Shown: one piece after another, positions 15,211 to 23,359 of the stretch | How positions within the stretch are numbered: position 1 is the first letter of the stretch | Layout of the letters: every line of letters begins with the position of its first letter | Source of the DNA: Chitinophagaceae bacterium | GTDB lineage: Bacteria > Bacteroidota > Bacteroidia > Chitinophagales > Chitinophagaceae | DNA: 24,000 nucleotides | Reading direction: 5' to 3' | Assembly (NCBI GenBank): GCA_947447265.1 | Contig: CANFKC010000008.1 | Coordinates: 68,081-92,080 of the forward strand | Program-made: the position numbers and the translations under genes | The notes under the pieces: model-generated | Databases searched by the model: none | Told to the model about the DNA's origin: nothing | Seen by the model: only the letters and a program-made list of their open reading frames with translations

Positions 15211-15252
15211 TATAAAATCAGAATCCCGTCAAAAATAAACTAAAAAGAGGTA

Positions 15253-15293
15253 TGACGCACAAGAAAACAGAGCTGGTTTAGCTCGATGCGTCA
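15253..15293. other. Nested stem-loop TGACGCA...GAGCTggtttAGCTC...TGCGTCA
   Basis: Outer 7-bp arms at 15253-15259 and 15287-15293 enclose a 5-bp inner hairpin, between the holB start and the DUF4159 stop. Confidence 0.5.
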
Positions 15294-15317
15294 ATTAAAT
15301 CACAGCTATTGCATTGG

Positions 15318-15473
15318 AAATCCCGACGGGATGATATTATTGTAGCAATCATTTACGTAAAACACCAAACCCTGAAGGGGTGATATATGCGCTTTGAAGT
15401 TTTATTCAACCCTTTCAGGGTTATTGCCAATAATTTTTACTCATTTTTATAATAATGTCATCCCTTCGGGTTT
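15318..15473. repeat. Composite nested inverted-repeat element (A B ... B' A') built from two small hairpin units
   Basis: A-left AAATCCCGACGGGATGATATTATTGTAG (15318-15345) matches the reverse complement of A-right (15448-15473, AAACCCGAAGGGATGACATTATTATA). B-left AAACCCTGAAGGGGTGATAT (15367-15386) matches the reverse complement of B-right (15407-15428, ..AACCCTGAAAGGGTTG). Confidence 0.8.
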
Positions 15474-15559
15474 ATACATTTCAATATGTAGAACTTGATT
15501 GAAGCTCAATAGTCGCAGAGGCAATTTATAATTTACAATTTATCATTTATAATTGAATC

Positions 15560-16252
15560 CTATTGCTCCACAGGCTTAACCTGCTTTTCACCAATGGTGC
15601 TAAACGCGTATTGTACCAGGTTGGCACCCATTTGTAGGGCGGCAATGTGCTTTTCTGCGGGGTCGCGATGCACTTCAAAATCTTCCCAGCCATCGCCAAG
15701 GTCGGTTTCATAGCTGTAAAAGCATACCAGGCGGCCTTTGTAGATCAGGCCATAACCTTTAGGCGGCTTTTTATCGTGCTCATGTATTTTAGGCAGTCCG
15801 TTCGGGAAGTTGAACTTCTGGTGGTAAATGGGGTAAGTAAATGGCAACTCTGCAAGTTCCAGTTCAGGGAACACTTTTTTCAGTGCAGGGCGCACATAAG
15901 GGTCGAGACCGTAATTATCATCTATATGCAGAAAACCGCCACCTTCAAGGTATTTGCGCAGGTTCTGGGCTTCAGCATCGTTGAGGGCCCAGCGGCCGTG
16001 GCCCGTCATATGTATAAAAGGGAAATTAAAAATATCGGGACTACCTACTTCTACTCTGGCCTCAACCGGGCTGAAAGTAGTATGTAGCTGGTCGTTGCAG
16101 AAAACAGCAAGATTTTTAAGAGATGTAGGGTTGGCATACCAGTCACCGCCGCCATTATAAACAAGCAAAGCCAGCTTCATATTCTGCGCCTGAGCGCCAA
16201 TGAAAAAAAGTATCGTAAGCAGCAACAATAACCCTCTCTTACTCCTTGCCAT
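15560..16252 (-). CDS. DUF4159 domain-containing protein with signal peptide
   Basis: GGGDWYANPTSL.NL......FPFIHMTGHG........A..LR.YLE.GGFLHIDDNYG is characteristic of DUF4159. The start overlaps the rsmE stop by 14 nt. Confidence 0.8.
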   Translation of the reverse strand: MARSKRGLLLLLTILFFIGAQAQNMKLALLVYNGGGDWYANPTSLKNLAVFCNDQLHTTFSPVEARVEVGSPDIFNFPFIHMTGHGRWALNDAEAQNLRKYLEGGGFLHIDDNYGLDPYVRPALKKVFPELELAELPFTYPIYHQKFNFPNGLPKIHEHDKKPPKGYGLIYKGRLVCFYSYETDLGDGWEDFEVHRDPAEKHIAALQMGANLVQYAFSTIGEKQVKPVEQ

Positions 16253-16967
16253 CGTTTATCATGTTAAAGTGCGCGCAAACCGAAATAGCTGCTGTTTCAG
16301 TACGCAGGCGTTGTGAGCCCAGTGATACAGGTTTGTATCCGTATGACACACACAAACTTACTTCATCGAAACGAAAATCCCCTTCAGGGCCTATAAGTAT
16401 AACAGTTTCCGAACATGGTTTTAACATTTCAGAAAACGGTTGTCTTTCCTTGTCTGATATGCAATGCGCTACAAATCTGTCTTTTACGTTAGCGAACTTT
16501 TTAAGCACATCGGCCAGCGGCATAGTGTCAGAAAGTTCAGGCAGATATTGTTGTTGCGACTGCAGTAATGCCGAGGTGAGTATCTTTTCCCAGCGCTCTT
16601 GCCTGAAGTGTACTTTTTCTGATCGCACCGCCATTACCGGGGTAATAGTAGTAACGCCTAATTCCGCGGCTTTTTCAAGCAACCATTCGTTACGGCTATT
16701 ATTTTTGGTGAATGCCACACAAAGATGCAACAGGTGTTTTTTGTGCGGAGCGAACGTAACATCAGTAAGTAAAACCTCGCAATTGTGCCTTTCGGCAACC
16801 TGTATGGTGCCGGTAGCCGTAGCGCCTTTACCATTGGTAATGCTCACTTTATCATCGGCTTCCATGCGTAGCACCTGCCATATATGTTTGGCAGAAGCGT
16901 CATCGAGTACAATGGTGCTGTTTTCTTTTAATTCGTCCGGGTAATAGAATCTATGCAATTCTGGCAT
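16239..16967 (-). CDS. rsmE: 16S rRNA (uracil1498-N3)-methyltransferase RsmE
   Basis: N-terminal HRFY...PUA-like domain and a C-terminal SPOUT knot (ILIGPEGDF...E........G...VSLG..RLRTETAA). Confidence 0.9.
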   Translation of the reverse strand: MPELHRFYYPDELKENSTIVLDDASAKHIWQVLRMEADDKVSITNGKGATATGTIQVAERHNCEVLLTDVTFAPHKKHLLHLCVAFTKNNSRNEWLLEKAAELGVTTITPVMAVRSEKVHFRQERWEKILTSALLQSQQQYLPELSDTMPLADVLKKFANVKDRFVAHCISDKERQPFSEMLKPCSETVILIGPEGDFRFDEVSLCVSYGYKPVSLGSQRLRTETAAISVCAHFNMINDGKE

Positions 16968-16990
16968 ACTGCAAAATAAAGAAAAAATAA

Positions 16991-17569
16991 CTAACGGAGA
17001 ACCATTTGGTTATCGGTTATCATTTTTCTGAGGTTTAAAAGGGCATAACGCATGCGTCCGAGTGCTGTATTTATACTCACACCGGTAAGCTCCGATATTT
17101 GTTTAAAGCTCAGGTCGGCATATATGCGCAATACAATTACTTCACATTGTTCTTCAGGCAGGTTTTCCACCAGTTTTCTTACGCTGTCGTGCACCTGGCG
17201 CTTTTCAATACCGTCAGATGCCATATCGCCGGCACCGAACAGTACCGAAATATCCTGGCCATCGGGCAGGGTTACCTGCACATTCTGGCGGCTGCGGCGG
17301 AAGTGATCCATGCAAAGGTTGTGTGCTACACGTATAGCCCACGGTAAAAATTTACCTTGCTCATTGTAGCGGCCACTTTTCATGGTCTTGATTATTTTAA
17401 GAAATGTATCCTGAAAAATATCTTCCGCAAGGTATTTGTCTTTTACGAGCATGTACACAGATGTGTATATCTTGTCCTTGTAACGGCAGATCAGGGTTTC
17501 TAAAGCTCTTTCATTGCCATCGGCAAAAGCTTGTGCCAGTTGGGCATCAGAATAGTGGGAAAGCTGCAT
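16991..17569 (-). CDS. ECF-type RNA polymerase sigma-70 family factor
   Basis: Region 2 (DIFQDTFLKI....RY......F.PWAIRVAHN...DHFRR) and a region 4 HTH (LSFKQISELTGVSINTALGRMRYAL.NLR). No adjacent anti-sigma gene. Confidence 0.85.
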   Translation of the reverse strand: MQLSHYSDAQLAQAFADGNERALETLICRYKDKIYTSVYMLVKDKYLAEDIFQDTFLKIIKTMKSGRYNEQGKFLPWAIRVAHNLCMDHFRRSRQNVQVTLPDGQDISVLFGAGDMASDGIEKRQVHDSVRKLVENLPEEQCEVIVLRIYADLSFKQISELTGVSINTALGRMRYALLNLRKMITDNQMVLR

Positions 17570-17811
17570 AGTTCTACTTTTTTAAAATGGTCAGGTAAAG
17601 GTCAGGCCATCAGGGATTCAATAGTTTAAAGTAGAAGTATGTTCGCTATAGAGATGATTTTAGTTTAGAAATAAAGTACAAATGACAGATAAAAAACGGA
17701 CAAAACCAAATTTATTTAACACTTTGTCTCAATTTTTTTAACTGTCTGTATATACTAAGACGGGTGCTTAAGTAAAAACGTTAGGAATTTTTGAAAATAT
17801 TTTTTTCGGCA

Positions 17812-18492
17812 TCAGAATGACTCATAATAATAGGTATGCGTGAGATTGCCATTGCCATCAGGATTGTGATAATCGGTGATACTTATGCTGTCGTTACCGG
17901 GGTAATAATAAAAGTCTGTTTTTTTATAAGTAGGATTGTTGTTTCCAAAAACGGTGTAGGTATAATTATAGTGAAGAATTGTGGTTGACGTATCGAATAC
18001 ATAAACAACTACCGCTGAAACAGGGCTCAACCTAAGCGTGAAATTGTCCATTGTTGTTACGCCGACCGTAGTATCCCCAAGAACATAAAATGAATCGGAT
18101 GCTGGCGTGGAATACTTGCAACGCAAATGGCAGCGATAGGTTCCAGGTATGAAGTCCTTATAAACTAGTGCCGGGGTTATAAGTATATGCAGCGTTTTAT
18201 GGGCTTTATGTCCCACATCGCCGTTAACAACTAATGTAACGTCGTAAGTGCCTGAATCTTTGTAAATATGGGTGGGGGACGAGTAGTTTGCAGTGGTACC
18301 GTCACCGAATGACCAATTATATGTTAGCCCTGCAGGCGCATTTGTCGTAAATGCGATGGACTGTAGATTGTATAAATTACCTGAGCTTGTAAATGTGTAT
18401 GGAGCAAGCACAGGATTGTCGTTATCGTTCTTACTACACGAACCTATAAGCATTATAGCAACGGCGAGGATAACATAAAATGATCGCTTCAT
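17812..18492 (-). CDS. PKD-domain lipoprotein, paralog 2 (226 aa)
   Basis: Lipobox LIGSC and PKD signature WSFGDGTTANYSSPTHIYKDSGTYDVTLVV. The Tyr-rich C-terminal domain ends YYYPGNDSISITDYH... Confidence 0.8.
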   Translation of the reverse strand: MKRSFYVILAVAIMLIGSCSKNDNDNPVLAPYTFTSSGNLYNLQSIAFTTNAPAGLTYNWSFGDGTTANYSSPTHIYKDSGTYDVTLVVNGDVGHKAHKTLHILITPALVYKDFIPGTYRCHLRCKYSTPASDSFYVLGDTTVGVTTMDNFTLRLSPVSAVVVYVFDTSTTILHYNYTYTVFGNNNPTYKKTDFYYYPGNDSISITDYHNPDGNGNLTHTYYYESF

Positions 18493-18588
18493 AAGGGTAT
18501 CAGTTGGATGCGTAGCTGGAGATAAGTAATTAGACGAGTTCCCTGCTAAACAAGTAAGTAATTTTTAAAAATATTTTTTCAACCGTTG

Positions 18589-19305
18589 CTAATACGATCG
18601 GTACACGATCGCTTTGGTATCCGTCATCGAGCGGCTTTCGTAATGTATAATGGTAATACTATCCCCTTTCGGGTAGTAATAGACGTCTCCTCTTACATAT
18701 TCATAATAGTGATAGCTTGGCTCTAATGTTGCTTCGCGATGGTAATGTATAACCTGGCTGTCAAGGCTGAATTGGTATACCACATTCCCCGGCCAATGTA
18801 TCTTGTCAATGTAAGCATGATCGGCATTTACTGTAGTGTCATCAATTACCGTAACTGCAAATGTCGTATCCGGTAACGGGTAAGTACTGTCGGGTTTTGA
18901 TATGATACTTCTGTCCATAAAAACCAACCCGTGCCAGTGGCGCATGCTGCCGAGCATTCGTGTATAAACAGAGGCCAGATTTTTACCGATATGAACCAGT
19001 TTTCTTGTTTCGTTGGTATGGTCGTCGTTAACAACAAGGGAAACCAGATAGGTGCCGGAATCGGCATAGATATGTGAAGGCGCAAGTAAAGTTGAGGTAT
19101 TGCCATCGCCAAATGACCAGGAATATTGTTGGCCTTCAGCGGCATCTGCTTTAAAACTGAGTAATTGTAGACTATATGCAGTACCCGAAAAGGTAATAGT
19201 GGTAGCTTTTAGTGTGGGTTGACTGGTAGCGGCGTTCTTGGTACACGCACTGTAAAAAAGTGTGCTGCAGATAATGATGCTAGTGCATATATGGGTTAGT
19301 TTCAA
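18589..19305 (-). CDS. PKD-domain lipoprotein, paralog 1 (238 aa), apparent TTG start
   Basis: Lipobox FYSAC and PKD signature WSFGDGNTSTLLAPSHIYADSGTYLVSLVV, with C-terminal YYYPKGDSITIIHYE.. No in-frame ATG precedes the signal peptide, so TTG at 19305 is the only start in the ORF. Confidence 0.75.
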   Translation of the reverse strand: MKLTHICTSIIICSTLFYSACTKNAATSQPTLKATTITFSGTAYSLQLLSFKADAAEGQQYSWSFGDGNTSTLLAPSHIYADSGTYLVSLVVNDDHTNETRKLVHIGKNLASVYTRMLGSMRHWHGLVFMDRSIISKPDSTYPLPDTTFAVTVIDDTTVNADHAYIDKIHWPGNVVYQFSLDSQVIHYHREATLEPSYHYYEYVRGDVYYYPKGDSITIIHYESRSMTDTKAIVYRSY

Positions 19306-19416
19306 AACGTGGGGGTTTTTAATCGGGTGTCTTTAAAGGACGATAAAACAGATAAAAGTGTTAGTAATCAGGGGTGTTTTTGTTCATTGTGGCATTAATT
19401 AAACTGTAAAATACGC

Positions 19417-20514
19417 TTACAATTGTTTCACCCACCGTTCCACAACTTTTTCATAATCACCATACCTGCTCTGCAAATCAGGGAAAGTGTATGGGAATTT
19501 CGCGGCACTGTTAAGCGCAACCGCAAGGTTAAAATTCTTTTGATTTTGGTACGGAAAAATACCCTGCTCCTGCAAATGGTTGGCCAGATATTCCTGCTCC
19601 GTCTGCCCTGGCGTCGGTATTAAAATTGCTTTTTTGCCCAATAGAATTAGATCCATCAGTGTGGAATAGCCACTCCGGCAAATAATGATGTCTGCTGCCA
19701 TTAAGGTGTCCGCAAGTTGTGCACCCGCAAGGGTTTTGTAGTAGGTAATGTTTGCTGGTAACGTTGGTTCGGGTTGTTGTGCGGCTTGACTGCCTGCAAC
19801 AAAAATTACCCTGCCTTTGTGCTCTTTTAGCTGCGCCCAAAGCAAGGCCGATAGCATGCTGCGCTGTGGTTCAGGCCCGGAAAGTAACACAAGCAGGTAG
19901 CCTTCGTTAGCCTCTTTTTTTTGTTGCCCTCCAAATTGTGAGAGTAAGCCGATATAGGTCGTCTTTGCTGGTAGTTTCAGCGTGTGAGAAAGTTGCCCCG
20001 CCAGGTTGTGCGCATCCGCCACATCAGGCACCCATACTTCATTGAACTGTTCTAAAAAACGGTAGTGCATGCGCTGCACCAATTTATTAGCGGCAGCGCC
20101 CATGCCTGTTTGTACTTGTAGCTGGTGGGTAATTATTACACATGGTATTGTATTACTGTAGAGCCCGTAGCGGTTATCCGCAATAATGCCATCGGGTTTA
20201 AGGGTAGCCAGGTGCTGCTGCAGCCAATCGTGCTCCGACTTTATGGCCCTGCATACCTGTGGCACTAATTTAAGGTTGGCAGCTCCGGCAGGGCTCAGTT
20301 TGTTGGAATAAGTAATATTATACCCGTCCAGCTGCACGAATTCAATGCCTGGGAATGTTTGTTGCAGGAATGAACGCTGCCATTTATTGCAAGCCGCAAT
20401 AACATGATGGCCCGCTTGTAATAAATGTTTAATAATGGGTATGCAACGCGTAGTATGCCCCAAACCCCAGTCGAGTGGCGCAATTAAAATTCGTCGTGGT
20501 CTATTTTCGGTCAA
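19417..20514 (-). CDS. Glycosyltransferase, GT1/GT28-like (MurG/UDP-glycosyltransferase fold)
   Basis: N-terminal RILIAPLDWGLGHTTRCIPII..L...GH and C-terminal ...ADIIICRSGYSTLMDL...GKKAILIPTPGQTEQEYLA, typical of GT-B enzymes of this class. Confidence 0.8.
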   Translation of the reverse strand: MTENRPRRILIAPLDWGLGHTTRCIPIIKHLLQAGHHVIAACNKWQRSFLQQTFPGIEFVQLDGYNITYSNKLSPAGAANLKLVPQVCRAIKSEHDWLQQHLATLKPDGIIADNRYGLYSNTIPCVIITHQLQVQTGMGAAANKLVQRMHYRFLEQFNEVWVPDVADAHNLAGQLSHTLKLPAKTTYIGLLSQFGGQQKKEANEGYLLVLLSGPEPQRSMLSALLWAQLKEHKGRVIFVAGSQAAQQPEPTLPANITYYKTLAGAQLADTLMAADIIICRSGYSTLMDLILLGKKAILIPTPGQTEQEYLANHLQEQGIFPYQNQKNFNLAVALNSAAKFPYTFPDLQSRYGDYEKVVERWVKQL

Positions 20515-20543
20515 TAATTCCTATTTTTACAAAAGTAAAAGAT

Positions 20544-20690
20544 ATGAGAAATAAAACAGGAACTATAATTCTTTACGCTTTTTTAGGTTTTCTTGCGCTT
20601 GAATTGCTGCAGGGTTGCCGCAGTGCGAGCAGGAAGTGTGGTTGCGGAAGTGATTTGATGGGTGCATACAGGCCGCCGAGAAGAAGATAG
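20544..20690 (+). CDS. Possible small lipoprotein (48 aa) with a Cys-rich, Arg-rich tail
   Basis: MRNKTGTIILYAFLGFLALELLQGC has signal-peptide and lipobox character, followed by RSASRKCGCGSDLMGAYRPPRRR. The ORF lies only 29 bp from the divergent glycosyltransferase start, and I identified no promoter. Confidence 0.35.
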   Translation: MRNKTGTIILYAFLGFLALELLQGCRSASRKCGCGSDLMGAYRPPRRR

Positions 20691-21147
20691 CAGGGAAGTA
20701 GATTGTGTGCCTTACGGCGCGTTAACACGAAGAAACCTAGCCTTATGTGGAACAGACAGCATATTTGGTTGCATTACGCAAAGAATATAATGGCGGCAGA
20801 TATGTCATCAGCGCTTTTTTTAGCCATATTCCTTCGTCAGATCAAACTGAATAAAGGCCATGCTGCAGCACTTGAGGTAATTGATTTACATAGATATAGA
20901 GTCATCAGGCAAAAAAATAAGGTCAGGATAGCATTGAATAATGCATTTAACGAGCCTTTTATTTTCTTCGTTGGCAAGAATTAATTAAAATACAACATTG
21001 TTGTTAACACCGCATTCCGGGCGCATATAGCGCCTATAAATTATAGCAATATGCAAGCTGCGGCATATAGTTGCTAAAACTTTATTTTTAAACTTTTGTC
21101 ATTTTTGGCTCATTATAGTATTTTAGCAGCATAGTACAAATCACTTA

Positions 21148-21909
21148 ATGGAATACGAAATTAAACATTCCGGCAAATTCAACTACCTTGAAGAGGGTAA
21201 TGGAGAGCCATTAGTTCTGTTGCATGGCCTTTTTGGGGCGCTTAGCAACTTTAAAGACCTTGTTGATCATTTTAAATCTTCTTATAGGGTTATCATACCC
21301 CTATTGCCACTTTACGATCTTATTCTGCTGGAAACGAGCATATCGGGCCTGGCACGCTTCCTCACGAAGTTCATGGATCACCAGAAACTGAACAAAGTAC
21401 ACATACTTGGCAACTCTCTGGGTGGCCATGTGGGCTTGGTTTATACATTAAAGCATCCGGAAAGGGTAGCAACAATAACCCTTACCGGTAGTTCCGGCCT
21501 CTTTGAAAACGGCATGGGTGAAACTTACCCTAAACGCGGCGACAGGGAATATATCCGCAAAAAAACTGAACTTACTTTTTACGACCCGAAAGTAGCTACC
21601 AAGGAATTGGTTGACGAGGTATACGATATAGTGAATACCCGCATGAAGGCGCTTAAAATAATTTCCCTGGCACGCTCGGCCATTAAGCACAACCTTGGCG
21701 ACGAGCTGAAAGACATGAAAGTGCCTACCTGTCTGGTTTGGGGTAAGAACGATACCATAACTCCGCCAATGGTGGCCGAAGAATTTCATGCCCTGATACC
21801 GAATTCCGAATTGCACTGGATAGATAAGTGCGGACATGCCCCGATGATGGAGGTGCCCAACGAATTCAATGCGATACTTACAGGGTTCCTGGCCAAGCAC
21901 AAATTATAA
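21148..21909 (+). CDS. Alpha/beta-fold hydrolase
   Basis: HG.FG oxyanion region (LVLLHGLFGALSNF), nucleophile elbow GNSLGG, and a C-terminal catalytic His (CGHAPMME). Confidence 0.85.
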   Translation: MEYEIKHSGKFNYLEEGNGEPLVLLHGLFGALSNFKDLVDHFKSSYRVIIPLLPLYDLILLETSISGLARFLTKFMDHQKLNKVHILGNSLGGHVGLVYTLKHPERVATITLTGSSGLFENGMGETYPKRGDREYIRKKTELTFYDPKVATKELVDEVYDIVNTRMKALKIISLARSAIKHNLGDELKDMKVPTCLVWGKNDTITPPMVAEEFHALIPNSELHWIDKCGHAPMMEVPNEFNAILTGFLAKHKL

Positions 21910-22007
21910 TTTGTAAAACCAACGCCATTTTTTTGCCGTAATTTATACTAAAGAAAGATTGGCTTGCGTTTTGCAATACAAGTAAGATACCCGAAAAACT
22001 GTGGATA

Positions 22008-22667
22008 ATGAGCATGATGCGATTAATATCTCCGTTAATACCTACCCTTCAGCCGACTGATACCGGCGACAGGGCACTCAACTTGATGGAGGAAAACCAC
22101 CTGGGCCATCTTCCTCTGGTGCAGGACGATACTTACATAGGCTTAATAAAGGAAAGTGACCTTTTAGATTGGGACAACACCGGCAATGAATTAAGTACAC
22201 TGCCTGCTGCCAATTTTAAACCAGCTATTCTGGCTGCGGCACACCCATTTGAGGCATTGCGTATTTTTAACCAGATGGAACTGTCGGCGCTGCCGGTTGT
22301 AGATGCTGAGGGCAAATATGTAGGTGCCATAACCAAGGATACCCTGCTTAAATATTTCGCTGAAAATAGCGGGCTCGATGTTACGGGTGGCATTATAGTG
22401 CTGGAAATACAACCGCATAACTACAGCCTTTACCAGGTGGCGCGTATTTGCGAGAATGAAGATGTAACTATCTTAAACACCCAGGTAAACACCAACCCGC
22501 AGGGCGTTATGGAAGTTACCATTAAAACCAACCGTACGTCGCTGGAAGCATTGGTGTCATCATTCGAAAGGCACGACTACAAAGTACTGGAGGTGTATGG
22601 CGATTCCAAAGACCTGGAAGACGTAATGGGAAAGTATAATTTGCTGATGAACTACATCAACATGTAA
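22008..22667 (+). CDS. CBS domain pair-containing protein
   Basis: Two CBS-like modules (HLPLVQDDTYIGLIKESDLL; LSALPVVDAEGKYVGAITKDTLLKYF) followed by an ACT-like tail. Confidence 0.75.
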   Translation: MSMMRLISPLIPTLQPTDTGDRALNLMEENHLGHLPLVQDDTYIGLIKESDLLDWDNTGNELSTLPAANFKPAILAAAHPFEALRIFNQMELSALPVVDAEGKYVGAITKDTLLKYFAENSGLDVTGGIIVLEIQPHNYSLYQVARICENEDVTILNTQVNTNPQGVMEVTIKTNRTSLEALVSSFERHDYKVLEVYGDSKDLEDVMGKYNLLMNYINM

Positions 22668-22690
22668 TAAAACATTCTTACAAAAAGATA

Positions 22691-23275
22691 ATGATAGCGA
22701 TAGACAACGTACTGCTGAGCAATGAAATTGTAGAAGAAAGATTTGTTTGCGACCTTGATAAATGCAAGGGCGGCTGCTGCGTTGATGGTGATTGCGGTGC
22801 GCCGCTTACCGAAGAAGAAAGTAAAATAATTGCCGAGATTTACCCCACAATAAAACCCTACCTGCACGCTGAATATTTACCTGAAATAGAACGGCAGGGC
22901 ACCCACACAACAGACGCAGAACATGGCCTGGTTACCCCTACCGTAAACGGCGGTATTTGCGTTTATGGCTATACAGATGCTGTGGGTATTGTAAAATGCG
23001 GTATTGAAAAAGCATGGAAAGATGGCGCGGTCGATTTTCGAAAGCCTATTTCCTGCCACCTCTTCCCGATAAGGATAACCGTGCATCCTGAATATGAACT
23101 GGTGAATTACGAACCTCGTCAGGACCTCTGCAAACCTGCATGCAAGCTGGGCAATAAACTAAAGGTGCCCGTGTATAAATTTCTGAAAGAAGCGCTGGTA
23201 CGAAAGTATGGCGAGGAATTTTACGAAACACTGGAAGCTACAGCAGAGGAAATACAAAAGAATGGATGGAGATAA
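22691..23275 (+). CDS. DUF3109 family Cys-rich protein
   Basis: N-terminal FVCDLDKCKGGCCVDGDCGAPLTEEE and later CHLFPIR are characteristic of DUF3109. Confidence 0.8.
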   Translation: MIAIDNVLLSNEIVEERFVCDLDKCKGGCCVDGDCGAPLTEEESKIIAEIYPTIKPYLHAEYLPEIERQGTHTTDAEHGLVTPTVNGGICVYGYTDAVGIVKCGIEKAWKDGAVDFRKPISCHLFPIRITVHPEYELVNYEPRQDLCKPACKLGNKLKVPVYKFLKEALVRKYGEEFYETLEATAEEIQKNGWR

Positions 23276-23359
23276 TACCGGGGCGACGGGAAGCGGTTTA
23301 GTCAGAGAATACTAATTTTACATCCTTCATTACACATACAGTAATCGTTTAATCATTAC

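Noticed and set aside
14196-15238. Multiple 60-127-aa ORFs on both strands within holB
   Set aside because: All are nested in a gene with strong clamp-loader signatures and have unnatural composition.
16246-16944. A 232-aa ORF exactly antisense to rsmE. Similar long antisense ORFs lie at 8177-8647 (opposite yigZ), 15647-16087 (opposite DUF4159) and 21448-21900 (opposite the hydrolase).
   Set aside because: The translations are Ser/Cys/Arg-rich and low-complexity, as is typical of the reverse frame of a real gene. The sense-strand products have clear family signatures. These are most likely codon-bias artefacts, though Ribo-seq would be needed to exclude expression.
20703-20984. A 93-aa TTG-initiated ORF
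   Set aside because: It has no recognisable motifs or promoter, an unusual start codon and non-genic-looking composition. I kept it only as part of the low-coding-density finding.
22000-22008. A perfect DnaA box (TGTGGATAA) overlapping the CBS gene start codon
   Set aside because: It is a single isolated box with no cluster, no AT-rich unwinding element and no dnaA/dnaN context, so it is not an origin.
23276-23359. A lysine riboswitch upstream of aspartate kinase
   Set aside because: Only 84 nt separate it from the preceding gene, far shorter than an L-box aptamer, and no conserved L-box elements are seen.
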